A DNA stretch of 40,181 bases from Sandaracinaceae bacterium (GTDB taxonomy: Bacteria > Myxococcota_A > Polyangia > Polyangiales > Sandaracinaceae), in NCBI GenBank assembly GCA_044220955.1, contig JBGAQA010000060.1, forward strand, positions 1 to 40,181, written 5' to 3'. A program made the translations under genes and the position numbers. The notes under the pieces are model-generated. The model was given only the letters and a program-made list of their open reading frames with translations. It ran no database searches and had not been told where the DNA came from. Below, piece by piece: positions 16,968-26,799 of this stretch (position 1 is its first letter; the number at the start of each line of letters is the position of its first letter).

Positions 16968-17828
16968 ATGCCCGAGCACGAGTCCTGGCTGAGCATCTGG
17001 TTCCCCGGCCTCTTCCGCTGGATCGAGGCGCGGGCCGCGGCGATCAACGGCGTCCTGATGGGCGACGACACGACGTGGATGGCCCACGAGCACTACGGGC
17101 ACGACGGCGCCAACGTGCAGCACGTCGCGTGGGCGTGGGTGGTGCTCGCGATCCTCACGGTGCTCGCGCTCGTCGCGAACGCCGGCATCCGCGACACCCA
17201 GGCGGCGATCGTGCCGGAGGACCGCCTCACCGTCCGCACCTTCGTCGAGCTCTTCACGGGCGGCGTCTACAAGATGATGAGCGACACGATGGGGAAGGAC
17301 GCCGCGCGCTACTTCCTCCCGCTCATCGGCGCCTGCGCCTTCTGGATCTTCTTCTCGAACCTCATCGGCATGGTGCCGGGGGTCATCCCGCCGACGGAGT
17401 CGCTCAAGACGACGGTCGTCGCGTCGGTGATCGTCTTCTTCACGACCCACGTCTACGGCATCCAGAAGAACGGCTTCGGCCACATCAAGCACCTCTTCGG
17501 CCCTTGGCTCGGGCCGCTCGGCATCCCGCTGAACCTGCTGATGTTCATGCTCGAGGTCATCGGCCACTTCGTCCGGCCGATCTCGCTCTCGCTGCGTCTC
17601 ATGGCGAACATCTTCGCGGACCACCTCGTGGTCGCGATCTTCGCGTCGCTCTTGCCGTGGGTGATCCCGCTCGCGGTGCTGCCGATGCTGCTCGGCACGA
17701 TGGTCATCGTCGTGCAGACGGTCGTCTTCTGCCTGCTCTCGACGGTCTACATCGGCATGGCCATCGAGACGCACGACCACGGGGACGGACACGAGGGGCA
17801 CGGTCACGAGGCCGGAGCGCACCACTGA
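16968..17828 (+). CDS. atpB: F0F1 ATP synthase subunit a
   Basis: Motifs FFSNLIGMVPG, RPISLSLRLMANIFADH (essential Arg) and VQTVVFCLLSTVYI; His-rich C-terminal tail. Confidence 0.95.
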   Translation: MPEHESWLSIWFPGLFRWIEARAAAINGVLMGDDTTWMAHEHYGHDGANVQHVAWAWVVLAILTVLALVANAGIRDTQAAIVPEDRLTVRTFVELFTGGVYKMMSDTMGKDAARYFLPLIGACAFWIFFSNLIGMVPGVIPPTESLKTTVVASVIVFFTTHVYGIQKNGFGHIKHLFGPWLGPLGIPLNLLMFMLEVIGHFVRPISLSLRLMANIFADHLVVAIFASLLPWVIPLAVLPMLLGTMVIVVQTVVFCLLSTVYIGMAIETHDHGDGHEGHGHEAGAHH

Positions 17829-17934
17829 ACGAGTTCTCGCCGCGCGCCGAAGGGCGAGCGGCCCAAGGTCCTGCGCCTCAGCAAAATGCGGGGGGGCGGG
17901 CGCAGACGACGACAGAGAAGGTCAAGGAGGCTCC

Positions 17935-18261
17935 ATGAACAAGAAGATGCTCGGATTCACCACGTTCCTCGTCACGCTCGCAGTGGCCTCGACCGCGTTC
18001 GCGCAGGACGTGGACGCGGCGGAGTGGGGCGCTCGTGGCTGGGGCGCCCTCGCGGCGGGCCTCGGCCTCGGTCTGGCGGCCTTCGGCGGCGCGCTCGGTC
18101 AGGGCAAGGCGGCCGCGGCGGCCCTCGACGGCATCGCCCGCAACCCCAACGCGGCCGACAAGATCTTCCAGCCGATGATCATCGGTCTGGCGTTCATCGA
18201 GTCGCTCGTGATCTACGCCCTCATCATCTCGTTCCTGCTCCGCAACTGGGTCACGGGCTGA
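17935..18261 (+). CDS. atpE: F0F1 ATP synthase subunit c with an N-terminal signal-like extension
   Basis: GxGxG helix, GQG, ARNP loop and FIESLVIY; AAGGAGG RBS. Confidence 0.95.
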   Translation: MNKKMLGFTTFLVTLAVASTAFAQDVDAAEWGARGWGALAAGLGLGLAAFGGALGQGKAAAAALDGIARNPNAADKIFQPMIIGLAFIESLVIYALIISFLLRNWVTG

Positions 18262-18286
18262 TCACGACCGGAGTGCTCGCCACGCG

Positions 18287-18322
18287 GGAGTCGGGCGATC
18301 TTCGCCCGGCTCCTTTTTCTTT
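18287..18322 (+). terminator. Intrinsic terminator of the atp F0 operon
   Basis: GGAGTCGGGCGA-tct-TCGCCCGGCTCC followed by TTTTTCTTT. Confidence 0.85.
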
Positions 18323-18378
18323 GGTGCCCCGGCGGCCTTTCTGTATGGTCGTCTCGATGGCCGCGGGGGGGCGCAGCG

Positions 18379-18708
18379 ATGCGGCCAGCGCCAGGGATGA
18401 GGGACTTGAGGCAACACCCCCGCGTCGCGCTCCGTGTGTCCGCCTGGTGCGAGACCGATCGCTGGACGACGCGCGCCGCGATCGTCGACGCGAGCGAGGG
18501 GGGCGTGCGACTCCGTGACTGCCCGCCGCCCCCGGTGGGATCGAGGCTGAAGCTCTCCTTTCGGGACGCGTTGGGCGCCGCGATCTCGCTCCAGACCGAG
18601 GTGGTGTGGTCCATCGACGGCAAGCGGCCCGAGACCGGCCTGCGTCTCGTCGGCGTGCTCGAGGGCGAGCCCACCTACGCCGAGCTGCTCGCGTCCCACC
18701 GTCGCTGA
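18379..18708 (+). CDS. Stand-alone PilZ domain protein (c-di-GMP receptor family)
   Basis: RxxxR (RQHPR) and DxSxxG (DASEGG) motifs plus EVVW. Upstream TTGGTG-17 nt-TATGGT promoter-like sequence (18321-18349). Confidence 0.8.
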   Translation: MRPAPGMRDLRQHPRVALRVSAWCETDRWTTRAAIVDASEGGVRLRDCPPPPVGSRLKLSFRDALGAAISLQTEVVWSIDGKRPETGLRLVGVLEGEPTYAELLASHRR

Positions 18709-18714
18709 GCGCGA

Positions 18715-18743
18715 TTGGCCGTTGGCCAGGGCGCGCGCATACT
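18715..18743 (+). promoter_or_regulatory. Putative leaderless promoter of ccmE
   Basis: TTGGCC-17 nt-CATACT, then 6 nt to the ATG at 18750. Confidence 0.55.
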
Positions 18744-18749
18744 GACGCC

Positions 18750-19298
18750 ATGGACGGCGAACCGCGATCGGCCGACGAGCTCTCCGCCGCGAAGTTGGGG
18801 ACCCCGGCGCGTGCTGCCCCCGCCAAGGGCGCCTCGGGTGCCATGGCGTTCGCCAAGATCGCCATCGTCCTGCTCCTGCTCGGCGGTGCCGTGACCTTTC
18901 TCCTGACCTCGAGCCAGGACGTCTTCGTCTACTCACACACCGTCGCGGAGGTCATGGCCGACCCCTCGGCGTTCGCGGGTCGGACGCTCCGGGCGGAGGG
19001 CGACCTGGTCGACGGCACGGTGCAGTTCCGTGAGGACCCCTGCGACTACCACTTCGTGCTCTCGGGGGGAGAACGCCGGATGGCCGTGGATTTCCCGCAA
19101 TGCGTGGTGCCGGACACGTTCCGCGAGGGCATGGGCATCACCGTGGTGGTCGAGGGGCGGCTCGGCGACGACGGCACCTTCCACGCGTCGCAGGTCATCC
19201 CGCGCTGTCCGTCCCGCTACGAGATGGACCAGCGGGCGGGGCAGGGCGAGGCGATGCCTCACGCGCTGCCGCCGGCCCCATCGCCGACCCCGCGCTGA
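18750..19298 (+). CDS. ccmE: Cytochrome c maturation heme chaperone CcmE, CxxxY variant
   Basis: N-terminal TM helix, VVPDTFREG..VVVEG, and the CPSRY heme-binding motif. Confidence 0.85.
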   Translation: MDGEPRSADELSAAKLGTPARAAPAKGASGAMAFAKIAIVLLLLGGAVTFLLTSSQDVFVYSHTVAEVMADPSAFAGRTLRAEGDLVDGTVQFREDPCDYHFVLSGGERRMAVDFPQCVVPDTFREGMGITVVVEGRLGDDGTFHASQVIPRCPSRYEMDQRAGQGEAMPHALPPAPSPTPR

Positions 19299-19389
19299 GC
19301 GTGCTGCACGAAACCCGTGCGCATCGCCCCCGCGTTCTGGCATGCTCCGCGCACAAAGGGGGGCCTCCCCTCGAAAGGGTGAACGCGAC

Positions 19390-19767
19390 ATGAACGACAT
19401 GGGGATGGGTCAGGGCGGGGGTCAGCAGGTCGACCCGCAGGATGCGGCGAACAACAAGGTCATGGCGGTGCTGAGCTACTGGGGGATCCTCTGGCTCGCC
19501 CCCTTCTTCATGGCGAAGCAGTCGCCTTTCGTCAGGTTCCACCTGAACCAGGGGCTGCTCTTCCTGATCTCCGCGATCGTCGTGAACGTCATCACGGGCG
19601 TCCTCGCGGGCGTGCTCGGCTCGATCGTCGGTGCGCTCGGGAGCCTGGTGAGCCTCGTCGGCAGCCTGTACTTCCTCGTGTTCGCGGTCCTCGGGTCGAT
19701 GAACGCGTGGTCCGGCAAGGCCAAGCAGCTCCCGCTGATCGGCGGGATGATGACGATCATCAAGTGA
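19390..19767 (+). CDS. DUF4870-like small membrane protein
   Basis: Pattern NKVMAVLSY, SPFVRFHLNQGL and LPLIG; three TM helices. Confidence 0.75.
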   Translation: MNDMGMGQGGGQQVDPQDAANNKVMAVLSYWGILWLAPFFMAKQSPFVRFHLNQGLLFLISAIVVNVITGVLAGVLGSIVGALGSLVSLVGSLYFLVFAVLGSMNAWSGKAKQLPLIGGMMTIIK

Positions 19768-19771
19768 GGCG

Positions 19772-19801
19772 TTGACCGCGGCGGGACGGCGCTCGTAAAA
19801 A
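19772..19801 (+). promoter_or_regulatory. Putative promoter of pyrB-namZ-DUF1624-prmC
   Basis: TTGACC-18 nt-TAAAAA, 9 nt before the ATG at 19811. Confidence 0.45.
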
Positions 19802-19810
19802 GGCCGCCCG

Positions 19811-20734
19811 ATGCGCCACCTCCTCGGGATCGAAGGACTCGCCCGCGCAGACATCGAGCGCCTGCTCGATCTCGCGGGCGTTTTCTTCGAGGCGAACAGG
19901 AAGCCCACGCGCAAGGCGTCGACCCTGCGCGGCAAGGGCGTCATCAACGTCTTCTACGAGGCGAGCACGCGGACGCGGACGTCCTTCGAGCTCGCCGGCA
20001 AGCGCCTGTCGGCGGACGTCGTGAACATCACCACGTCCACCAGCAGCGTGACGAAGGGCGAGACGCTCTACGACACGATGAAGACGCTCGAGGCGATGCA
20101 CCCGGATCTGATCGTGATCCGGCACCCAGCGTCGGGCGCGCCCCACTGGATCGCGGACAAGCTCGGCGTGAGCGTGGTGAACGCCGGCGATGGCGCCCAC
20201 GAGCACCCGACCCAGGCGCTGCTCGACGCGTTCACGATCCGCCGTCGCAAGGGCAAGCTCGACGGCCTCGTCGTGGCGATCTGTGGCGACGTCGCGCACT
20301 CGCGCGTGGCCCGGTCCAACGCGATCTTGCTGAGGCACTTCGGCTGCGACGTCCGCGTCGTCGGGCCGCGCACGCTGATGCCGGCGGCCGTGGAGTCGCT
20401 CGGCGTCCGAGCGTTCACGCGCATGGAGGAGGCGCTCGAGGGCGCCGACGTGGTCATGGCGCTGCGCATCCAGCTCGAGCGCATCGAGGGGGCGCTGCTC
20501 CCGAGCCTGCGCGAGTACAGCAAGACCTTCGGTGTCGGGCCGCGCACCCTGGCGCGAGCCAAGCCCGACGCGATGGTGCTGCACCCAGGCCCCATGAACC
20601 GCGGCGTCGAGATCGACGGCGGGACCGCCGACGGCGCGCAGAGCGCAGTGCTCGAGCAGGTCGAGGCCGGCGTCGCCGTGCGGATGGCCGTGCTCCACGA
20701 CCTCGCGGCCGGCGGGGCTGCGCCGCTCTCGTGA
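19811..20734 (+). CDS. pyrB: Aspartate carbamoyltransferase catalytic subunit
   Basis: Motifs [55 protein letters not shown] and [11 protein letters not shown]. Confidence 0.97.
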   Translation: MRHLLGIEGLARADIERLLDLAGVFFEANRKPTRKASTLRGKGVINVFYEASTRTRTSFELAGKRLSADVVNITTSTSSVTKGETLYDTMKTLEAMHPDLIVIRHPASGAPHWIADKLGVSVVNAGDGAHEHPTQALLDAFTIRRRKGKLDGLVVAICGDVAHSRVARSNAILLRHFGCDVRVVGPRTLMPAAVESLGVRAFTRMEEALEGADVVMALRIQLERIEGALLPSLREYSKTFGVGPRTLARAKPDAMVLHPGPMNRGVEIDGGTADGAQSAVLEQVEAGVAVRMAVLHDLAAGGAAPLS

Positions 20735-20738
20735 GCCG

Positions 20739-21917
20739 ATGAGCGACGTCCTCACCGGGCTCGATCGGATCGCCCAGGGCGACGCGGGCGCGTGCGCACG
20801 TGTCCGGGGCCGGCGCATCGGCCTCGTGGCGCATCCCGCGAGCGTCGATCGACGGATGGTGCATGCGGCGGTCGTGCTCGCGCGCGCGGGCGCCGACATC
20901 CGAGCGATCTTCGGTCCGGAGCACGGCTTCGGCGGCGAGGCCCAGGACATGGCCGCGGTCGGCCGCGGCCGGACGCGCGAGGGCGTGCCGGTCCACTCGC
21001 TCTACGGGACGAGCGAGGCCCAGCTCTCGCCGACCCCCGATCAGCTCGCCGGGCTCGACGCGATCGTCGTCGATCTGCAGGACGTGGGGGCGCGCTACTA
21101 CACGTTCGTGTGGACCGCTGCCCTCGTGCTGCGGGCCGCCGCGAAGGCGGGGATCGAGACGGTCGTCCTCGATCGTCCGAACCCGCTCGGCGGCGCGATC
21201 CTCGAGGGTGCTCCCCAGCGGCCCGGGTTCCGCTCGTTCGTCGGGCTCTACGACGTCCCCGTTCGCCACGGGCTCACGATCGGGGAGCTCGCGGCGCGCA
21301 CGCGCGTGCTCGAGGGGCAGGACGATCGCGCGCTCTCCGTCGTCGCGATGCGCGGGTGGCGCCGGGCGATGACCTTCCCCGAGACGCGCCTGCCCTGGGT
21401 GCTGCCCTCGCCGAACATGCCGACGTACGAGACGGCGCGGGTCTACCCCGGTGGGTGTCTGCTCGAGGGGACGCTCGCGAGCGAAGGGCGCGGCACCACC
21501 CGGCCGTTCGAGATCGTCGGGGCCCCGTGGATCGACGGTGCTGCGCTCGCGCGCCGCGTCTCGTTGCGAGGTGCCGTCCTGCGACCGCTCTCGTTCGCGC
21601 CGACGTTCCACAAGCACGCGGGCCAGGTGTGCGGCGGCGTGCAGGTGCACGTCACCGACGAGGGCGCGTTCCGCGCGTACTCGGCCTATCTCGTCCTGCT
21701 CGACGGGATGAAGCGGCAGGCCGGCGAGCGCTTCGCCTGGCGCACCGAGCCCTACGAATTCGTCGGGGATCGCCCGGCGATCGATCTGCTCACGGGCGGG
21801 CCCGAGGTGCGCGAGGCGATCGAGCGCGGCAGCGGGCTCGACGCGGTGCTGGCGGCGGAAGAGGCGGGCGCGCGCGCCTTCGCCGAGGCGCGCGCGCCCT
21901 TCCTCGCGTACGCGTGA
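20739..21917 (+). CDS. namZ: DUF1343 exo-beta-N-acetylmuramidase NamZ family protein
   Basis: Motifs FGPEHG, VHSLYG, DLQDVGARYYTF, LDRPNP, RHGLTIGELA, PSPNMPT and SEGRGTTRPFE; no signal peptide. Confidence 0.9.
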   Translation: MSDVLTGLDRIAQGDAGACARVRGRRIGLVAHPASVDRRMVHAAVVLARAGADIRAIFGPEHGFGGEAQDMAAVGRGRTREGVPVHSLYGTSEAQLSPTPDQLAGLDAIVVDLQDVGARYYTFVWTAALVLRAAAKAGIETVVLDRPNPLGGAILEGAPQRPGFRSFVGLYDVPVRHGLTIGELAARTRVLEGQDDRALSVVAMRGWRRAMTFPETRLPWVLPSPNMPTYETARVYPGGCLLEGTLASEGRGTTRPFEIVGAPWIDGAALARRVSLRGAVLRPLSFAPTFHKHAGQVCGGVQVHVTDEGAFRAYSAYLVLLDGMKRQAGERFAWRTEPYEFVGDRPAIDLLTGGPEVREAIERGSGLDAVLAAEEAGARAFAEARAPFLAYA

Positions 21918-23014
21918 TGGGCGACGCGAGCCCGCGCGTGCAGGGGATCGACGTCGCTCGCGGCCTCGCGTCGGCGATCATGATCCAGGGGCACGCGTAC
22001 GACGGCTGGGTGCGCCCCGAGGACAAGACCCACGCCTCGTACCTGTTCACCCGCGTGCTCGGGACCCTGCCGCTCCCCTCGTTCCTGCTGCTCGCCGGGG
22101 CCGCCATCGCGCTGCGCATCGAGGCGGCGGACGCGCGCGGGGAGGCGCCGGAGACGGTCCGCCGCGCCCTCGTCCGGCGTGGGGCGATGGTGCTCGGGAT
22201 CGGGTACGCGGTGAACGCCGCCGGCGCTCTGATGGACGGCTTCGAGGGGCCGGAGACCTTCTTCCGCGTCGACGTGCTGCAGGTCATCGGCCTCTCGATC
22301 GCGCTGATCGGTGCGCTCGGCGTCGGAGGCCGGGCGGGCCGGCTCGATCGCCGCCGGCTCGTGATCGCGGCGACGCTGCTGTCGATCGTTCCCATCGCGA
22401 TCTGTCCTGCCATCTCGACGGCCGTCGAGGGCGTGCAGGCGCCCTGGTCTTGGATGGTCGGTCTGCTCGCGTACGTCGCGCCCGTCACCCGGATGCCGCT
22501 CGTACCGCTGGCCGCGTGGGCCGGCATGGGCGTGCTGGTGTCCCTCGGCCTGGTCCGGGCGAACCGCGAGGCGCGCTCGGTCGCCGGAGCGCCGCTGGGC
22601 GTCATCGGGGCGTTGATCGCCATCGCGCTCGCGCTGGCGGCCGGCGGGACCTGGCTCGAAGGCTGGATGACGGAGGCGCTCGGCGCGCCGCTCGACCGGC
22701 GCAGCTGGACCGTCGTCCCGAACGCGATCGAGCTCGCGGCGCGTGGGGTCCTGGTCCTCGGCGCGGGGGCGCTCATGACGCCGCGTCTGCCGGCGCTCGC
22801 GCGCGACGCGCTGGCGCGGCTGGGGCGTGGCTCGCTCGTCGCCTACGTGTTCCACGTTCCGTTCTGCTACGGCGCGCTCGGGCGGCCGCTGGCCGGTCGG
22901 CTCGACATGGCGGAGGCGACCGCCTTCGTCGTGGCGCTCGAGGTGGCGAGCTACGGTGCGGTCGTTGTGCGCGACCGGCTGGTCGCGCGGAGCGCGGCGC
23001 GGAGCCGGGCATGA
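21917..23014 (+). CDS. DUF1624 / HGSNAT-like polytopic membrane acyltransferase
   Basis: Motifs RVQGIDVARGLA..IMIQGH, FLLLAG, RVDVLQVIG and LGRGSL.AYVFH. TGATG overlap with namZ. Confidence 0.75.
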   Translation: MGDASPRVQGIDVARGLASAIMIQGHAYDGWVRPEDKTHASYLFTRVLGTLPLPSFLLLAGAAIALRIEAADARGEAPETVRRALVRRGAMVLGIGYAVNAAGALMDGFEGPETFFRVDVLQVIGLSIALIGALGVGGRAGRLDRRRLVIAATLLSIVPIAICPAISTAVEGVQAPWSWMVGLLAYVAPVTRMPLVPLAAWAGMGVLVSLGLVRANREARSVAGAPLGVIGALIAIALALAAGGTWLEGWMTEALGAPLDRRSWTVVPNAIELAARGVLVLGAGALMTPRLPALARDALARLGRGSLVAYVFHVPFCYGALGRPLAGRLDMAEATAFVVALEVASYGAVVVRDRLVARSAARSRA

Positions 23015-23877
23015 GCCCCGAGACCTGGACCATCCGGCGAATCGTGAGCTGGATCCAGGGCGACCTCGCCGCCCGCGGTGTCGGCTCGCCGCGGCTCGAC
23101 GCGGAGCTGATCGTGGCGCACGCGCTCGACGTCGATCGCGTGAAGCTCTACCTCGATCTCGACCGGCCCCTCTCGCCGAGCGAGCTCGGGTCGATCCGCT
23201 CGCTCGTGGCGCGGCGACGCAAGCGCGAGCCGATCGCGTACCTGCGCGGGCGGCGCGAGTTCTACGGACGCGACATGCTCGTCTCGCCGGCGGTCCTGGT
23301 CCCGCGGCCCGAGACGGAGACGCTGGTCGAGCGCGCCCTCGAGCGCCTCGACGCCGAGCGCCCGGCGCGCGTGCTCGACCTGTGCACCGGGAGCGGGTGC
23401 GTGGGCGTCACGCTCCTCGCGGAGCGGCCGCGGATCCGAGCGACGCTCACCGATCTCTCGACCGAGGCACTCGCGATCGCCGAGCAGAACGCCGCGAAGC
23501 ACGGCGTCCTCGATCGCGCGACGATCGCCCACGGCGACCTCTACGACGCGCTCGCGGCCGGCGAGCCACCCTTCGACGTCGTGGTCGCCAACCCGCCTTA
23601 CCTCGCGCCCGCGGAGCGCGCGGGGCTCGAGCCCGACGTGCGCGACTTCGAGCCAGCCATGGCCCTCTTCGCGCCCGACGACGGGCTCGCCCTCGTCGAG
23701 GCGATCGCGCGCGGGTCCGTGGAGCACGTCGCTCCGGGCGGCTACGTCCTCTTGGAGATCGGCGCGAGCCAGGGGGAGGCCGCGCGCGGGCGCCTGATCG
23801 CCGCAGGGCTCGTGGATGTTCGTGTCTACCCGGATCTCGGTGGGCGGGCGCGGGTCGTCGAAGGGCGCCGCGCCTGA
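23011..23877 (+). CDS. prmC: Release factor glutamine methyltransferase PrmC/HemK
   Basis: Motifs PRLDAELI, EPIAYLRG.REFYG, VLVPRPETE, LDLCTGSG, NPPY and LLEIG. Confidence 0.95.
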   Translation: MSPETWTIRRIVSWIQGDLAARGVGSPRLDAELIVAHALDVDRVKLYLDLDRPLSPSELGSIRSLVARRRKREPIAYLRGRREFYGRDMLVSPAVLVPRPETETLVERALERLDAERPARVLDLCTGSGCVGVTLLAERPRIRATLTDLSTEALAIAEQNAAKHGVLDRATIAHGDLYDALAAGEPPFDVVVANPPYLAPAERAGLEPDVRDFEPAMALFAPDDGLALVEAIARGSVEHVAPGGYVLLEIGASQGEAARGRLIAAGLVDVRVYPDLGGRARVVEGRRA

Positions 23878-23884
23878 GCGCGAG

Positions 23885-25894
23885 CTACGCCGCGCGCCGG
23901 TGGGAGCGGCGGGTGGCCGCCTCGGCGAGCGCCAGGAGGCCCGCGAGCAGGAAGATCCAGGGCGCGAGGCGCGTCCGGACGTGGGAGGCGCTCGGCGACG
24001 CCGCCGCAGGCGCAGGACCGGCCTCGACGCTGGCGCGTTCCAGGCGGCTCTCGTCGAGCGCGGGCGCGAGCACGAACGAGGCGCGCGGGAGCTCGTGCGT
24101 GCCGGTCGCGTCGGTCGAGCGAACGGAGTAGGCGCCGGGGAGCGCGAGCTGGGAGAGATCGAGCGTCGTCCCGAGGCCGTCCTCGAACGACACGATCGCG
24201 CCGGAGGGCGTGAGGATCTCCACGCGCGTCGTGCCTCCGGGAACGGCGAGCGAGGGCAGCGCGTCGGGGGGCAGCGCCTCGTCGGGCATCGCGCCTGCCG
24301 GAGCGAGGAGGCGGAAGAGCTCCACGGTGAGCGCCACGAAGCCCGGGTGGAGCGGGAGGTCGGAGCCGCCGTCGTCGAGCGGCAGAGCCAGGACCGCGGT
24401 GCGCGAAGCACGATCGACGACCAGCGCCGGGCTACCGTCGTCGAGCCTCAGCGCGACCTGATCCGCCACGGCAGGCTCGAGCACGAGGGCCTGCGTCACC
24501 GCGACGCGCCGCAGGCCCTCGTCGCGCGAGCGGAGCGCGGCGGGGCCCGCGAACAGGCCCACGTGCGCCACCTCGCGCGTGCCCACGATCCGCGCGGGGA
24601 GCCGGTCCGCGAGCGCGCCGGTGCCCCCGCGGACGTGATCACCGCCGGTGAGCAGGAGCCCGGCGCCAGCGTCGAGCGCGGCGCGGGTGCGGCGCTCGAC
24701 GTCTTCGCGACCGAGGTCGACGTCGGCGAGCGCCACGACGTCGGCCGGCTCGTCGCTGCTCACGTACGTCTCGACGTCGGTCCGCCGCACGACGAAGCGA
24801 GGGCCATCGCTCGGCGCGAGCGCGAGCGCCTGCGCGACGAAGCGGGTGCGCGCCCCGCCCGCCGCCACCGTGCGCCGCGACAGAGGCCGTGGATCACCGT
24901 CGACGAGCAGGACACGGGGGGCCGACGAGGGGCGCAGGAGGAACGCGCGCGCGTCGTCCATCGGCAGCGCGTCGTTCGCGTCCACGATCCGCGCTTCGGC
25001 GGCGAGCGCGGTCGCGTCCGGTGCGAGCACGTGGAGCATCGCGCGCCCCGCGCCGTCGACGATGGGCACGCTCGCGCGCGCGAGCTCGCGGCCGAGGCAC
25101 ACGACGGCGACCGTCACTTCGTCGCGCTCGATCCCCAGCGCGCGCACCGACACCGCGACCGAGAGCGAGCCCTCGAGCGTGGGGTCGGGCGCGGGATCCA
25201 CGCTCGCGAGCGCGAGGTTCGGCGTCAGCGCCGGCCCGATCGGCTCCACGTCGAAGCGCACGCCGGTCGGGGCGGCCTCGCGCGCCGCTTCGTGCGTCGC
25301 GAGATCGGAGAGCAAGAGGACCCGGCGATCGGCGTGCACGGCGCCCGAGAGCTGCCGGACCGCGAGATCCATCGCGCCGTCGACGTCGGTGCTCCGCGCT
25401 CCGGGATCGGCGAGCGCGTCGAGCGCGGCCAGCGCGTCTTCACGCGCGGTCGTGCGGGGGACGAGGGTGCGCGCGGGCCGCCCCGCGAGGACGAGCGCGA
25501 CCTCGGACCCTTCGGGCAACGCCTCGACGGCGGCCCGGGCGCGCGCCCGTGCCAGCGTGAAGAGCGCCGCACCGTCGACGGACCGGGCCATCGACATCGA
25601 GTCGTCGATCACGATGGCGACGCTCGCGAGACCGCCGGTGCCGTAAGCGACGCTCCGGTCGAGGAACGGGGCGCTCACGGCCAGCGCGAGGGCGCCCACG
25701 AGCGCGACGCGGATCGCCAGGAGCAGCGGGTCGGCGACGCGCACGCGGCGGCGGCTCTCGGCGAGCGCGCGGGCGAGCAGCTCGACGGTCGGCAGCGTGC
25801 GCGTCGGGACGTCGCTGCGCCGGACCAGGTGCGCCAGGACGGGCACGCCCGCGAGCGCCAGCCCCAGGAGCGCGAGCGGCAGCGCTAGGCCCAC
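23885..25894 (-). CDS. BatA N-terminal anchor + vWA domain membrane protein
   Basis: BatA pattern (LALLGL...PVLAHL...LLLAIR..L...L.LA.S.P), MIDAS IDDSMSM...STD...LLSD, and a C-terminal TM (LAPWIFLLAGLLALAE). Confidence 0.8.
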   Translation of the reverse strand: MGLALPLALLGLALAGVPVLAHLVRRSDVPTRTLPTVELLARALAESRRRVRVADPLLLAIRVALVGALALAVSAPFLDRSVAYGTGGLASVAIVIDDSMSMARSVDGAALFTLARARARAAVEALPEGSEVALVLAGRPARTLVPRTTAREDALAALDALADPGARSTDVDGAMDLAVRQLSGAVHADRRVLLLSDLATHEAAREAAPTGVRFDVEPIGPALTPNLALASVDPAPDPTLEGSLSVAVSVRALGIERDEVTVAVVCLGRELARASVPIVDGAGRAMLHVLAPDATALAAEARIVDANDALPMDDARAFLLRPSSAPRVLLVDGDPRPLSRRTVAAGGARTRFVAQALALAPSDGPRFVVRRTDVETYVSSDEPADVVALADVDLGREDVERRTRAALDAGAGLLLTGGDHVRGGTGALADRLPARIVGTREVAHVGLFAGPAALRSRDEGLRRVAVTQALVLEPAVADQVALRLDDGSPALVVDRASRTAVLALPLDDGGSDLPLHPGFVALTVELFRLLAPAGAMPDEALPPDALPSLAVPGGTTRVEILTPSGAIVSFEDGLGTTLDLSQLALPGAYSVRSTDATGTHELPRASFVLAPALDESRLERASVEAGPAPAAASPSASHVRTRLAPWIFLLAGLLALAEAATRRSHRRAA

Positions 25895-26799
25895 CGCGAG
25901 CGTCTCCCGCGCAGGAGCAGGTCGGCCAGAGGGACCTCGAGGGCCTCGTCGGTGGGCGCGAGCCGGACGCGGGCCCCGCGCGTCGTCGCCTCGGCCCGCG
26001 TGCGCGCGACGAACGCGTCCACCTCGCGCCGGTAGGCCGCGCGGGCCATCTCGGGGTCTGCCTCGATCGAGGGCTCGCCCTCGAGGCCCACGTAGCGCGC
26101 TGCGCCTTCCGCGCGGAGCTCCAGCTCGTCGCGCGTCAGGACGTGGAGCATCCAGACCTCGTGCCCGCGCGCGACGAGCTGCGAGATCGGCGCCAGCGCG
26201 TCGGGGTCGGGATCGAGGAAGTCGCTCGCGATCACCACGAGCCCGCGCCGGCCGGCGCGGTCGACGGCCACCTCGAGCGCGCCGTGGACGTCGGTGCCTG
26301 CCTCCGCGCTCGGCGGCAGCCCCAGGGCCGCGAGCACCCGATCGACGTGGGCCACGGAGCTGCGCGCCTTGAGCGGGTGATCGACCTCGCGTGCGAACCG
26401 GACGAGCCCGACGGCGTCCGACTGCTTGCGCAGCACGAGCGCGATCCCGGCGAGCAGGCCGGCCGCGTGCTCGAGCTTGGTCCGCGGACCCGAGCCGGCG
26501 AAGTCCATCGAGCGCGAGGCGTCGAGCAGCAGCGTGCAGCCGAGCTGCGCCTCCTGCTCGAAGCGCTTGATCGCGTGTCGGTCGTTGCGCGCGTAGGCGC
26601 GCCAGTCGATGAGGCGCGGATCGTCTCCTGGGCGGTACTCGCGGTGCTCGACGAACACCACGCTCGCGCCCCGGTGAGGGCTTCGGTGCTTGCCGGACGC
26701 GAGCCCGAGCGCGGCGCGCCGGACCTCCAGCGTCAAGGCGGCGATGCGCCTCGCCGCGTCGGGATCGATGGGAGCCCGCTTGGCCGGCGCCTCGCTCAC
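25885..26799 (-). CDS. DUF58 domain (vWA-like) protein
   Basis: Pattern [39 protein letters not shown] and [12 protein letters not shown] overlap with moxR. Confidence 0.9.
   Translation of the reverse strand: MSEAPAKRAPIDPDAARRIAALTLEVRRAALGLASGKHRSPHRGASVVFVEHREYRPGDDPRLIDWRAYARNDRHAIKRFEQEAQLGCTLLLDASRSMDFAGSGPRTKLEHAAGLLAGIALVLRKQSDAVGLVRFAREVDHPLKARSSVAHVDRVLAALGLPPSAEAGTDVHGALEVAVDRAGRRGLVVIASDFLDPDPDALAPISQLVARGHEVWMLHVLTRDELELRAEGAARYVGLEGEPSIEADPEMARAAYRREVDAFVARTRAEATTRGARVRLAPTDEALEVPLADLLLRGRRSRWA

Noticed and set aside
17829..17934. Hairpins in the atpB-atpE spacer (CTGCGCCT...GGGCGCAG)
   Set aside because: Consistent with ordinary mRNA stability or translation elements upstream of atpE; no U-tract or recognisable RNA motif.
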